From: Eledone cirrhosa
Lineage: Eukaryota
Length of the DNA stretch: 64,000 bases
Assembly: GCA_964016885.1 (NCBI GenBank)
Contig: OZ024758.1
Location: 3,720,001-3,784,000 of the forward strand
Direction: 5' to 3'
In this document: one piece after another, positions 26,633-38,580 of the stretch
Numbering within the stretch: position 1 is the stretch's first letter
Layout: each line of letters opens with the position of its first letter
Notes under the pieces: model-generated
What the model was told of the DNA's origin: nothing
Seen by the model: only the letters and a program-made list of their open reading frames with translations
The model's database searches: none
Translations under genes and position numbers: made by a program

Positions 26633-27587
26633 AATAGTAATAATAACAAATTTGAAGACTAAAATCCAAAGAGGGCTCGATAAGGATAAATATATATCAG
26701 ATATATAAGAACCGTAGAGCAAATATTTATTAAAATAACAGATTAAAGTTTAAGCAAAGAATCGCTGCTTTCACCCTTAACGGGATCTTCTGGAACTAAA
26801 AAAAAAAATCTTACGTCCCTTTTACGTTTTGTTTTGAAATCTCAGCGAAGTTAGCTTTGCCTTTCATTTTTTTGGTGGTCAATAAAATCTTTATCTTTAT
26901 AAAATGGTTTCAGTGTATCAAAAAAATTTCGTCTATGAATCTGACAGTATCTCTTTCTAGATTAACACCCGAAATGGTTCAATATGTTACTGCATGTTGT
27001 TCGGTATTGCTCCGCTCTGGTTCATCAGTTTGGCTCATCAGTCTCTATCCACAGTACCGAATTTAGGACAAATGAGGCCCCGTGCTAGTTAATAGTTAAG
27101 TTATGCGGTCTCTTGCTTGGGCCCTGAAGGAGATAAACATTTTTTTTAACAGGAAGATGAACGCACCTGGCCAACGAGGCCATGTATTTAAGCACAATGA
27201 TAAATACGGCACTGGTCATACGACAAGAAGAAGAAAGAGTTACATATTTCCACAATGTTTTCAATACTTTTCCATAGTTACGATTCTTCATACGTTAAAT
27301 ATCGAACATATCTTTTGTTACAGATTTCGATTATGTATTTCGATCCATAATGAGATGTTGTTAAAAGCCTAACTCTTGAGCTCATGTGACAATACATAAT
27401 TCCATGGACCAGCTTTGTCACACAACGTGTCCCAATTATCCCACATTAGGTGTAGGTTGTTACTATATAACTATCTCAATAATATGATGACTAATACGTC
27501 AACTTGTCATACTAATCAATCACGGAAACAAAATGAAATCCTTTCTAGAATCTCTCTCTCTCTCTCTCTCTCTCAGATTCACAAGCC

Positions 27588-27660
27588 CGACGGGCTGAGC
27601 TCCGGCCGTTTCGAGAGCTGGATCCGAGGTCGGATCGAAACCGCCGGAGCTCAGCTGTTC
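27588..27660. mobile_element. Family D-related short foldback
   Basis: GCTGAGCTCCGGCCGTTTCGA ... TCGAAACCGCCGGAGCTCAGC, between (TC)n and a TA-rich tract. Confidence 0.7.
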
Positions 27661-28209
27661 GATCCTGAACTTATATACATATATCTGGAAAAATAATATG
27701 TATATAATGAGAATTCTGGTAAAATCTATGTGCATTTTTCTTCAAACTTCTATTTTTGTACCTAAGTCCGTGTAGTTAACTATTTGTCTAGTCAATTCTA
27801 CAGGCTACAAAAAATAATTAGATAAGTGTCATATGCTGTACATCGCGGAAAATAATCTGTATCATTTGTCTAGTATTTCTTCATAAGTACATTTTAATCT
27901 TATAGCCTCGCTTAAATGATTTTTTATGTGGTTAATTTATACTGATTGGAGATGAAATACAGTATATATTTTATCTAATGATTCTTTGGACTTACATTTA
28001 TATATAATATATATTGATATATTATTGATATATAAGTTAACGAGATATCGTGTAAGGTAATACAAATACAGCCGACCACGTTATTCTTCACTCATTTACT
28101 TTATATATATATATATGACTGTGTTTGTTTCGTTGTTTATATGTGTGTATGTGTAGGTGTTTAATTATACATTGTTTGTGAAAGTGTTTACGTGTTTTTC
28201 ATTATGTGT

Positions 28210-28409
28210 NNNNNNNNNNNNNNNNNNNNNNNNNNNNNNNNNNNNNNNNNNNNNNNNNNNNNNNNNNNNNNNNNNNNNNNNNNNNNNNNNNNNNNNNNNN
28301 NNNNNNNNNNNNNNNNNNNNNNNNNNNNNNNNNNNNNNNNNNNNNNNNNNNNNNNNNNNNNNNNNNNNNNNNNNNNNNNNNNNNNNNNNNNNNNNNNNNN
28401 NNNNNNNNN
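28210..28409. other. Assembly gap (200 N)
   Basis: Run of N. Confidence 1.
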
Positions 28410-28826
28410 TCTCTGTATGACTGTGGGGTGAGCAAGTATGAGAAATTCGCCATCAAGTTCAGTGTCCGAAATTTGCTGACTAATGGAGTTATATCGAAGA
28501 GCTGTTCTCATGCGAAAGCTGGATCCGGCTATCAGCCACATTCATCATTTAAGATAACCCCATCACATTCCTTTAACAAGAACCACGTAAGTGGATACAG
28601 TTTTCCTTTGGCCGTTAGCTATGACGAAGAAATGGCGTGCTGTACTGTACACGAATATGAATAAGGAGGATACGGCATTTCCCCTTCGACCAAATTGTCA
28701 TCGTCTATATCAAGTGCCACTTAAAAAGTTTGTATCTCTCTTCTCTCTATCTTTCTATCTCTTTTCCCACTCAGCTTCTCGGTCCCACTCTCTTTACCCC
28801 CCCCCCCCTCTCGCACTCATTCTCCC

Positions 28827-28870
<44 letters not shown>

Positions 28871-29040
28871 TTATTTATTTATTTATATATGTATGTATTT
28901 AGAAGAAAGACAGGGAGAAGATATAGAGCTCAGCCGACGGGCCCCGAATCTTTCTTGTATAATCTCACTCTACTATCCCAAGTATCGTGTTCACTGTTAA
29001 AATAATTGCCTAACTAGTTTTAAAATGGTTCAATCCTGAA

Positions 29041-29073
<33 letters not shown>

Positions 29074-29380
29074 GCAGATGAAAAGACGACGAAATAGATT
29101 GGACAAAGTAATAAAATCATATTCCTTATCGGACATCCTAGTCACGAAAAAAAAAAAATATATATATATTAACGTAATCTAACTCTATATACAATAGTTG
29201 AAATATTAGAAAAAGGTAAATGTGGATTGATTCGTCTAAGAAGTAGTGAACACAGTCTCACTCAAATACCGTACGGGTGGGTTACCATTACTCTAAAGGG
29301 TGGCTGGCGCTGTCTCTTGTTTATTTGATAGTATGTTATACAGCTTGGTGCTAGAATGTAGCTTTGTGTAAACAATAATT

Positions 29381-29427
<47 letters not shown>

Positions 29428-30269
29428 GAAAGGTATAGAAAGTATTGTAGCAAGAAGCCAACAGTATTCCATAATATATATATGTATATATATATATATA
29501 TATATATACGGCTGAAACGCTAAGAGCTCAGCCGTTGAGCGCTGGCATGATGCCCTATTCTATATCATAGTATACAAAACATGTATATATATAGTACAAA
29601 TAGATAGCAATGATCAGGAGGAAGTAAGTGTAAGAAAGAGAGAGAAATATATATACACCTATGCAGCATAAACATGCATGTATATATTGCACACAGAAAA
29701 AGACACACATACACACACACACACTCATAAATATAGGTGTGTCTGTGTGTATTTTCTATGCACGCATGTAGATATTCATGTACGAAGTAATGTGTAAGTG
29801 TGTACATCCGTTTTACAAGTCGTTAAGAGTTTGGTAGGCAGGCAATCCCAGGCCTTTACACTCCTACTTCCCCCATAAAGTACAAGCTATTCACAATTCT
29901 TTTATACTTCTAAACGCATGCATGCACTGAAACACACCCATAATCACCCACACGCCATTATACCTCACCCACGAACATACAGAAACAGGCACTTACACAC
30001 ACACCCTTACGTACGTCTAATATGAAAGCGCTAATCATGGACGCATGCACATATACATATAACTATACAAACATACGTGCATAGAAACATGGCGAAGTTT
30101 CCTTTTATATTCAAATAATTTTCAATGCTCATGCGCGTGAGTGAAACATTCGTTGAGACACATGCAGCTTTACACAGAAGTTGGTCTTTATTCAGCAGGC
30201 AGACATGATAGCTTCTCTACACATTGTACATCTATATGTGTGTTTGCGTACGTCTCTATGTGCGTTTGC

Positions 30270-30304
<35 letters not shown>

Positions 30305-30320
30305 AACGCACACATATATA

Positions 30321-30399
<79 letters not shown>

Positions 30400-30400
<1 letters not shown>

Positions 30401-30595
30401 GTTATTCCGGGTTGAATCGGAGGTAACCTCAGTAAGTAAGGTGCTCAATACATAGCAGAGTATAAAAGTGTTAATATAGATGAGATTCTACAGGACTAGA
30501 ACTGTTTTATTCTTTAAAAATCATCAGGAATCTCCTGATGATTTCTAAAGAATGAAACAGTTCTAGTCCTGTAGAATCTCATCTATATTAAAACT
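30400..30595 (-). mobile_element. Foldback element family C with back-to-back hammerheads; hairpin about 30467-30595
   Basis: (TA)n on both sides; paralogs at 3349 and 31285. Confidence 0.9.
30482..30580. ncRNA. Divergent pair of type I hammerhead ribozymes (minus 30482-30534, plus about 30533-30580)
   Basis: Consensus GAGAUUC-CUGAUGA-UUUCUAAAGAAU-GAAACAG-UUCUAGUC-CUGUA|GAAUCUC; minus copy has the full 7-bp stem I but GAAA>AAAA, plus copy has the intact core but a shortened stem I. Confidence 0.8.
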
Positions 30596-30945
30596 ATATA
30601 TATATATATATATATTGTTATACTTGGGGAGGATCATATTGTTGTAATAATATTACCAGAAATAATAACAGAACACACTCACTGTTTGGTTGGTTTTCAC
30701 TTCTGTATCTTTTATATCTCCATAGTTAATTTATTTGGCAATCAACGTTTATCATTATATATTGGATATGAATCGAAGTTGTAGCTGTCATGTAGTAGGT
30801 ATTAATCTAGTTGTTTGAAGCAATCGCAAAGCAGTCGATAGATCGATAAGCTAAACATTATCGCTAAGAGGAAAACACAACAGTTAAAACGTGTGACACC
30901 AAGAATGTAATGAAGGCTTAACAATTCGTCCTTGTATTATAATAT

Positions 30946-31130
30946 TTGTTTCTACTTTAGGCACAAGGCCAGCAATTACCCAGTGCATTACTGGTACTTT
31001 ATTTTATCGACCCCGTAAGGATGAAAGGCAAAGTCAACCTCGGCGGGATTTGAACTCAGATCATAAAGGGACGTAACTATGCTGGAAAGCATGGCGTTCG
31101 ACCCTCTACAGATACTGCCAATCTACCGTC
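30946..31130 (-). mobile_element. Full-length family A SINE with TSD TTGTATTATAATATT
   Basis: Family motifs; flanking direct repeat. Confidence 0.93.
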
Positions 31131-31244
31131 CTTGTATTATAATATTACACTCTGTTTAGCTCTACACATCTCCACTGAAGTTAACCTAAACATCGAGTGC
31201 TCACCTGGGTGAACCTACAGTAACTTCAAGTTACACTCCGTGGA

Positions 31245-31284
<40 letters not shown>

Positions 31285-31290
<6 letters not shown>

Positions 31291-31421
31291 TGAGATTCTA
31301 CAGGACTAGAACTGTACAGTTGTAGTCCTGTAGAATCTCATCTATATTAAAACTTTTATACTCTGCAATGTATTGAGTACCTTACTTACTGTGGTTACCT
31401 CCGATTCCACCCGGAATAACG
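31285..31421 (+). mobile_element. Foldback element family C, pivot at ACTGT|ACAGT
   Basis: Reverse complement of 30400-30505 plus a short inverted arm; (TA)n on both sides. Confidence 0.9.
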
Positions 31422-31531
31422 TATATATATATATATATATATATATATTTGGTCTACGGTTCTTATATATTTTACATATATTTATCGTTATCGAACCCTC
31501 TTTGGATTTTAGTCTTCAAATTTATTATTAT

Positions 31532-31579
<48 letters not shown>

Positions 31580-31585
31580 ATATAT

Positions 31586-31720
31586 AGGAAAAGAGTCAGG
31601 ACCCCGACGGCTGAGATTCGGCCGTTTCGACAGCTAGATCTGAACTCAGGGGTCGATAAAATAAAGTACCAGTAATGCACTGGTTAATTGCTAGCCTTGT
31701 GCTAATAGTAGAAACAATTA
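31586..31720. mobile_element. Chimera of a family D hammerhead remnant (minus) and a family A SINE 3' end (plus)
   Basis: GACCCCGACGGCTGAG...CCGTTTCGACAGCTA...CTCAG runs directly into GGGGTCGATAAAATAAAGTACC. Confidence 0.8.
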
Positions 31721-31721
31721 C

Positions 31722-31797
<76 letters not shown>

Positions 31798-32292
31798 GGC
31801 TTGTGTGCGCTGTAATGCGAATCTGCTGTCGATTATCTTCGTTGGTATAAGAGCCGTTGTCGGTTAGAACAATCTACTAACCATGCCTCATATATTACTG
31901 GTATATTATATACAATCTCCACGAACTTCAAATACAAAAGGTGAAGTAACAAGCAATGCGGAACTGCCTTGAATCTGATCCTTCTAACGATGCTTTCAGT
32001 TACCACCTCCTCCACTTACCAACCCTGTCGCAATAAATCAAAACTGAGGTAACTGCAGACATGTATTTTAATGTGTCGTAATATGACTATACGGTTTTAC
32101 AACTGTATTAGTTTCAAACATACAATCTGAGATCAAATCTCTTGTCTAACATATGTAACTAAAGATTACGAACGAATAGGTTATATCGCAATGTCAATGC
32201 TGAATACACACACATATGTACATACATATACGCATACATATAACAAGCTTACACACTTATATATACATATATATAGTTGTGTGGGGGTGTAT

Positions 32293-32381
<89 letters not shown>

Positions 32382-32577
32382 ATATATACACACACACATA
32401 TATATATATATATTTATATATATATGTGTGTGTGTTTACGTGTGTGTGTGCTAACGTGTATGTGCGTGAATTTGTGTATTTTTTCTTGAACATCTCTGGC
32501 TTAAAGAATAAGAACAAAAATCAAACCATAATTTAAGGCAAAGTACTGAATACATAGAAGTAAAGAATTAACGTGAA

Positions 32578-32579
<2 letters not shown>

Positions 32580-32625
<46 letters not shown>

Positions 32626-33003
32626 GTATGTATATATATATATGGATGTATATGTATATATATATATATATTATATATATATGTATGTATATATATATAT
32701 GGATGTATATGTATATATATATATGGATGTATATGTATATATATATATGGATGTATATGTATGTATATATATATATGGATGTATATGTATGTATATATAT
32801 ATATGGATGTATATGTATGTATATATATATATGGATGTATATGTATATATATATGTATATGGATGTATATGTATATATATATGTATATGGATGTATATGT
32901 GTATGTATATATATATATGGATGTATATGTATATATATATATGTATATGGATGTATATGTCTATATATATATATATGGATGTATATGTATATAGATGTAT
33001 ATG

Positions 33004-33058
<55 letters not shown>

Positions 33059-33158
33059 GTATGTATATATATATGTATGTATATATATATATGTATGTAT
33101 ATATATATGTATGTATATATATATATGTATGTATATATATATATATATGTATGTATAT

Positions 33159-33236
<78 letters not shown>

Positions 33237-33277
33237 GTATGTATGTATATATATATATATGTATATATGTATGTATG

Positions 33278-33305
<28 letters not shown>
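32580..33305. repeat. (TA)n with repeated TATGGATGTATATG units
   Basis: Direct reading. Confidence 0.95.
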
Positions 33306-33309
<4 letters not shown>

Positions 33310-33317
33310 TATCATCT

Positions 33318-33603
33318 TGGTTAAGAGAGTGGGACTGGCTTTGTGCAGTGCCTTTGCTCACTATAAAAGCTTCACGGCACAGGCATTGCTTTATATCTGG
33401 AGATCTCTCTGCACTTGTTGTCACATGGTACCATGGGTCCAGCACTATGTGTCAATAATTGTCACAAGTGTAGTGTTTGTACCAGAGGTTTCAAGTCGCT
33501 GGTTGGACTAAAAAGTCACACTTGTTCAGCGCATCGGTAAGGGTTCTCCTACATGGATATAAGGTAGTGGCCGTACTCGAAAACGAGTTGGCAGCCACCA
33601 CCA
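33318..33603 (+). mobile_element. RTE-derived element retaining a C-terminal C2H2 zinc finger and 3' tail
   Basis: 33460-33540 translates [26 protein letters not shown] (C-x2-C-x12-H-x4-H); 3' ACTCGAAAACGAGTTGGCAGCCACCACCA resembles the tail at 4680-4716. Confidence 0.7.
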
Positions 33604-33715
33604 TATATGTATGTATATATATATATGTATGTATGTATATATATATATATATATGTACGTATATATATATGTATGTATATATATATATATATATATATGT
33701 ACGTATATATATATG

Positions 33716-33774
<59 letters not shown>

Positions 33775-34922
33775 CATCTGCCGAAACCATCGCCAGTAGT
33801 ACTATCAACACTACTGCTGACAAGAACAGCAAAAACACCACCAACAACCACAAAACAATAACAATAAAAACAACTAGATACATAGTAATAGATGAACATC
33901 GCTGCCAAAATATGTTAGTATGAGTTATATATTCAACAAATTTTAGCAACAACCACAACAGCAACAGTAAACAGTAAAATACCTAAAAAATCAACACGAA
34001 CCAGTACAACATCGCAACACAACGAAACAACAGCAAGATTAAAATCCTAAGAAGAAAATGTTAACAATAAATAGACAGAACAAAGAAGAAATAAGTAAGC
34101 GAACATCTATAGTACGAACACAACTACATAGAGAATAACAGCTAGAATCTGTGTATTTTATTGTCTGGTCTTTTTGCATGAGTTACGTTGTAGACAAACG
34201 TCTAGCAACGTTATGTTATAATGAGTGCTTTGCCTCCTGGTGATATAAGCGGCCCATTTGTTTAGCTTTTGTAGCTCTAGGTTAGCAAAGAAGCTCTGCA
34301 AAAGTCATTTAATGGTATACGGATTATGGATTTTAGAAATAAGTAAGGTGGGAGGAAATACCGACCAGCATTGCTTTCATATATCACTATGGTAACTTCA
34401 TTGGTTAAATGCGCAGCTAGTGCTCTGTTTTGTACATAACTTTCTCACTCTTCCCCTTCTTTTTCCCCTTTTCGTTCTCTACACACCCACTGGGCGAGAG
34501 ATAGTATATTTATATGAATCTGATGATTCCCTTTATCATTATGGCAAGAATTACAATTTGAGAGATAATGAGGCGAAGAGAGAATAGTGATAAAGTATAA
34601 AAAATGTGATTAGGGTTAGAAAGGTAAGGATGTGGAGGATTATGTGAGAAGTTATTGTCAGATCATGGAAGGGGGTAGATGATTTTAGTCCTTGTTTTTC
34701 CATAAATGCAGGTAACTAACTGGAACAAGACCGTTGTCATCAGCCGTATCCGCCATGACGTAATATGAGTATACTCATAAACATGTGCACGGATATTTAC
34801 GGCTTGTATTGAATTATAGGTGAATATTTTCTTCAATTGTGGTTTAATATGTCTTAAACAGTGAGCACAAGATCGCGGATACACAGGGAATTGGAAAGAA
34901 GCCACTGTTCCACTTACATTTC

Positions 34923-35086
34923 ACCTACTATGTGTTGCCACGTGTGCAGAAAGTATAGAAGTGTTAATATTTCATCTCCTTAGACGAGAGAGCTATCCCG
35001 CCATTACACCTACTATGTGTTTCTACGTGTGCAGAAAGTATAGAAGAGTTAATATTTAATCTCTTTGGACGGGAGAGCTATCCCGA
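34923..35086. repeat. About 85-bp tandem duplication
   Basis: CACCTACTATGTGTT..ACGTGTGCAGAAAGTATAGAAG.GTTAATATTT...GAGAGCTATCCCG occurs twice. Confidence 0.9.
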
Positions 35087-35519
35087 CCTTGAAATTTCAC
35101 GATACCTCGATCATCGCAACAATAATTACCACACGTGTGCGGCAAATCAATGATCCATATTGTGGGAGAATATATCTGCATAATGATATTTGTGAGTATG
35201 CATTTCCTAACATATTTGTGAGTATACATTTCCAACTACCTTCTATTTGAAGTTAAATCCAATGAGAAGAGTGACCTAAGAAGTCTGATCCTACCTCTCT
35301 TCAGAAACTCCAGTCTGTGGGAAACCACAGTTTGTTTTTGATTCAGAATGCACTTCCCTTATGCGTTGTCTTTGGGAGCCCAACCAGAAGGCAACAAATC
35401 TGTGTAGATAGGTCTTTCAAACCATGACGAGGCAGCTGTTTCAAAACCATTTCAAGGCAGGTGATCTGATAACCACTAAGGGTCTATCACTAAATTTTCT
35501 TGAATTTAGGATGTCAACT

Positions 35520-35975
35520 CACTCTTCAGCTGTATAACTACCTAAAACGGAGGAATTTAGAGAACTTGATGCGCCTGGTAAGAAAATAATTGCAGTGAAG
35601 ATAGGAGTGGGAGTCCCAGGGTCTGTAGTAAAAGGTGTTGGATAGCTTGATGCTGTATATACAGGTGTATATATTTAGTAGATTGATGTAGGTATCATAT
35701 TCAGAAGAATGATACTAGAACAACATGAAATGTGGGAGTGTAAGGGACGAAGAAAACGAGTTGATATTTGTGGGTGTGAGAGGGCCGATGCAGTTATCAA
35801 TATAGTCACCTTAGTTATCCATGGCTGATTCCATAAACCGGCAGAATTCTGTGCCTAAATGTATCCTACAGAGGGGTCCGTTTAGTATAGACCCAGCTTA
35901 GTTCCTATAGCGCTCCCGCCGAGTTGATGAAACGCACTAGATGGGAGACATTAAATAAGAATGAGGATGGGTACA
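35520..35975 (-). pseudogene. Degenerate Penelope-like element reverse transcriptase
   Basis: Ordered motifs on minus strand across frameshifts: HQLGGSAIGTKLG (35890-35929, QxxGxAMGTKMGP-like), SVGYI*, YIDNC (35790-35804, YIDD-like), YYRPWDSHSYLH (35595-35630, YxKPTDSHSYL-like), FSKFLRFR (35541-35564, YSQFLRLRR-like). Confidence 0.8.
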
Positions 35976-36530
35976 ACATGATATTATGGATTAAGTTGAC
36001 CACCCAGGTAAATGGAGAGGGGAAGGATGTTATTTAGAAAGATACATAGACAAGATCCCACATGACAGGTGCAATGTGTCCGAATACGGAAGAGCCGAAC
36101 TTCCACACTCATCGCCTCCATCTCTCTCGCCCTCCCCATCTCTCTGTATAGTGAGCAAATGGGGTACCACGTTCTGGCCGCCCCACAGCCCCGGCGGACA
36201 AAATGGAGAAGGCGTTTCCCCGGAGGATGGTAAGGGAGATAGGCTGGAAGGTCGATTACGGTTAGAACAGAACAATAAAAAAAAAAAGACGTGTAATATC
36301 ATTAGGAATCTTAATCGAAGTTCAAACGGTCGTACCAGTCCACGTCACTAGACTGATACTTTAGTGATCACGGAAGTATGATAAATAGGGTTGTCGGGGG
36401 TGAGATGGGAGCAGAATAAATATCGTAAGTTCTTTTGTTCTCCAGTTTATTGCCGTTAACGTTGTTGTACATAGCAGATCTTTCAACTCTCCCGTGAACA
36501 TGGCTATATCTTTCATTATGTAAAACCTCA

Positions 36531-36588
36531 CAGTACCAGTAATGCACTGGGTAATTGCTGGCCTTGTGCCTAAAGTAGAAACAATTAT
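36531..36588 (+). mobile_element. 5'-truncated family A SINE with TSD ATTATGTAAAACCTC
   Basis: Only the 3' tail is present, flanked by the direct repeat. Confidence 0.88.
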
Positions 36589-37152
36589 GTAAAACCTCCC
36601 AAATTTGCTTCATCTCTGCCCTATTTGGTGCATTTTTCAAAATGGTACTCCCCATTCAGGTTTTTAGAGGTTGACAGGTCTAACATAACCACGGAGCCGT
36701 ATTAATAGAGGAGGACATAGGATGGACCCTAGTCTAGCCAGAAACGCCATCATCTTATATTATTGTATTATATTGTATTCAAGACTCTACTATATCCTAT
36801 ATACATGTATCTTTTCTGTTTAAAATGTGATTGTGGATACTATTTCTAGTAGATCTTGCTTGTAATTTTATTGGCGAGACGAAAATATATTTTCTATGCT
36901 TATGAATAAGCTGTTTTGTTTTAGTTGCTTATAATTCGGTGTATTTATGTGGGAACGATGTCTAGTATAACATAATTTTGTTCCTGGAAGTGTTCCAATA
37001 TTGTCATGCTTCAAGTGATTGTTACTTCATAACTCCCCGATCTCTTCCCACATACCTGTATTTCCACATCCTTCCTTTTCTCACAAAGGGCATCGAACGA
37101 AAGGCTACTATCGACTAATACTGACATTCCGGCATACATACATAATTTTCAT

Positions 37153-37194
<42 letters not shown>

Positions 37195-37353
37195 TCTCTC
37201 CTCTCTCTCTCCTCTCTCTCTCTCCTCTCTCTCTCTCCTCTCTCTCTCTCACTCGCTCTCGCTCCTCTCTCTCGATATCTATATATATGTGTGTGTGTGT
37301 ATATGTATATATGTGTGTACGTATATATATATATGTGTGTGTATATATATATA

Positions 37354-37501
<148 letters not shown>

Positions 37502-37581
37502 AGAGAGAGAGAGAGAGATTCACGCGGTACTGAGACAAGCATAAGCTTATAGCTGATTCTTGCCTCGGTAGTGAGTATTAA

Positions 37582-37628
37582 AATGTCAACGATGACAGGC
37601 AAAAATCCAGAAACACGTGTCTGGCATT
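37582..37628 (+). ncRNA. Minimal type I hammerhead with mutated core (family H)
   Basis: AAUGUCA-ACGAUGA-CAGGCAAAAAUCCA-GAAACACGUGUC|UGGCAUU; 7-bp stem I, perfect palindrome ACACGUGU, GUC site; core CU>AC. Confidence 0.7.
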
Positions 37629-37846
37629 CTCATACGGCTAACTGAAGTACCTGCGACATGACCATAGCTTAAAATATTCAATGCGGGATTCTTGTAAAGT
37701 TAGTATGCATAAATAATATGAACCTGGTTATGTTACTGGTACTGATATATATATATATATAAATATATATATATATGTGTGTGCGTGTATGTATAAGTGT
37801 GGATGTGTTTCTATATCTTTGTTTCTCTCTCTCTCCACACACACAC

Positions 37847-37903
<57 letters not shown>

Positions 37904-37907
37904 ATAT

Positions 37908-38145
37908 CTAAGGCGGGTAAAATTCCCGAGATCCATGGACGAGTTCTCTCCAGCGGTCTCTGTCCCTCATTATCGCTGCCATATCCTGCATCTCCAACAG
38001 ACCAGTGTCTGTCCTTAGGGCATCAACATATGTTAACCTTGGTCTTCCTCTTCTACTGTGTCCATGTAGGGGCTCCCAAAGGAGCACTGAGTGCAATGTC
38101 AACTCTGGATGTCGGTGAGCATGTCCAGCCAACCTCAGTCTCCTC
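37908..38145 (-). pseudogene. RTE-like LINE ORF2 C-terminal fragment
   Basis: RRLRLAGHAHRHPE...LLWEPLHGHSRRGRPRLTYVDAL..DTGL...MRDRDRWR, a typical RTE-group C-terminus; (TA)n tail. Confidence 0.88.
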
Positions 38146-38243
38146 TATATATAAAATTAAAAACACGAGGAATTATATACCTATTTTTTCTTCAATTCCC
38201 AACTGCAGTTTTGCCGAATCAGTTTGCAGCAATATTGCTTTGG

Positions 38244-38580
38244 CCCCACTCGGTCACGAATGACCAGGGTTTTGCACCAAGAAAGTTTCCCTCCGAGGCA
38301 CAAGCCTGGGCAAGGTTTGTTTTGTGGAAGACCAGCAGTCGCCCATGAATACCAGTCTCCCCTCTCCACGCCACCGATGATGTCCAAGGGAAGGCAATGG
38401 CTGATACAGCTTGGCACCAGTGACGTCGCAACTCATTTCTACAGCTGAGTAAACTGGAGAAACGTGAAATAAAGTGTCTTGCTCAAGGACACAACGCATC
38501 ACCCGGTCCGAGAATCGAACTCACTACCTCTCAATCTCAATTGCAAGCCCAATGCTCTAATCATTAAGCCATGCGCCTTC
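38244..38580 (-). mobile_element. Family B SINE, tail type 2
   Basis: Same head and core as 15620-15880 up to GTAGAAATGAG, then an unrelated tail of about 190 bp. Confidence 0.88.

Noticed and set aside
27010-27050. Two CTGATGA motifs on the minus strand
   Set aside because: No downstream GAAA with a stem III/NUH site, and no stem I pairing.
27140-27190. Possible micro-exon after TTTTTTTTAACAG
   Set aside because: Acceptor-like site only; weak donor and no other exons identified.
28410-28664. Open frame next to the gap, possible exon or mariner remnant
   Set aside because: No recognisable domain; ORF length is inflated by Ns.
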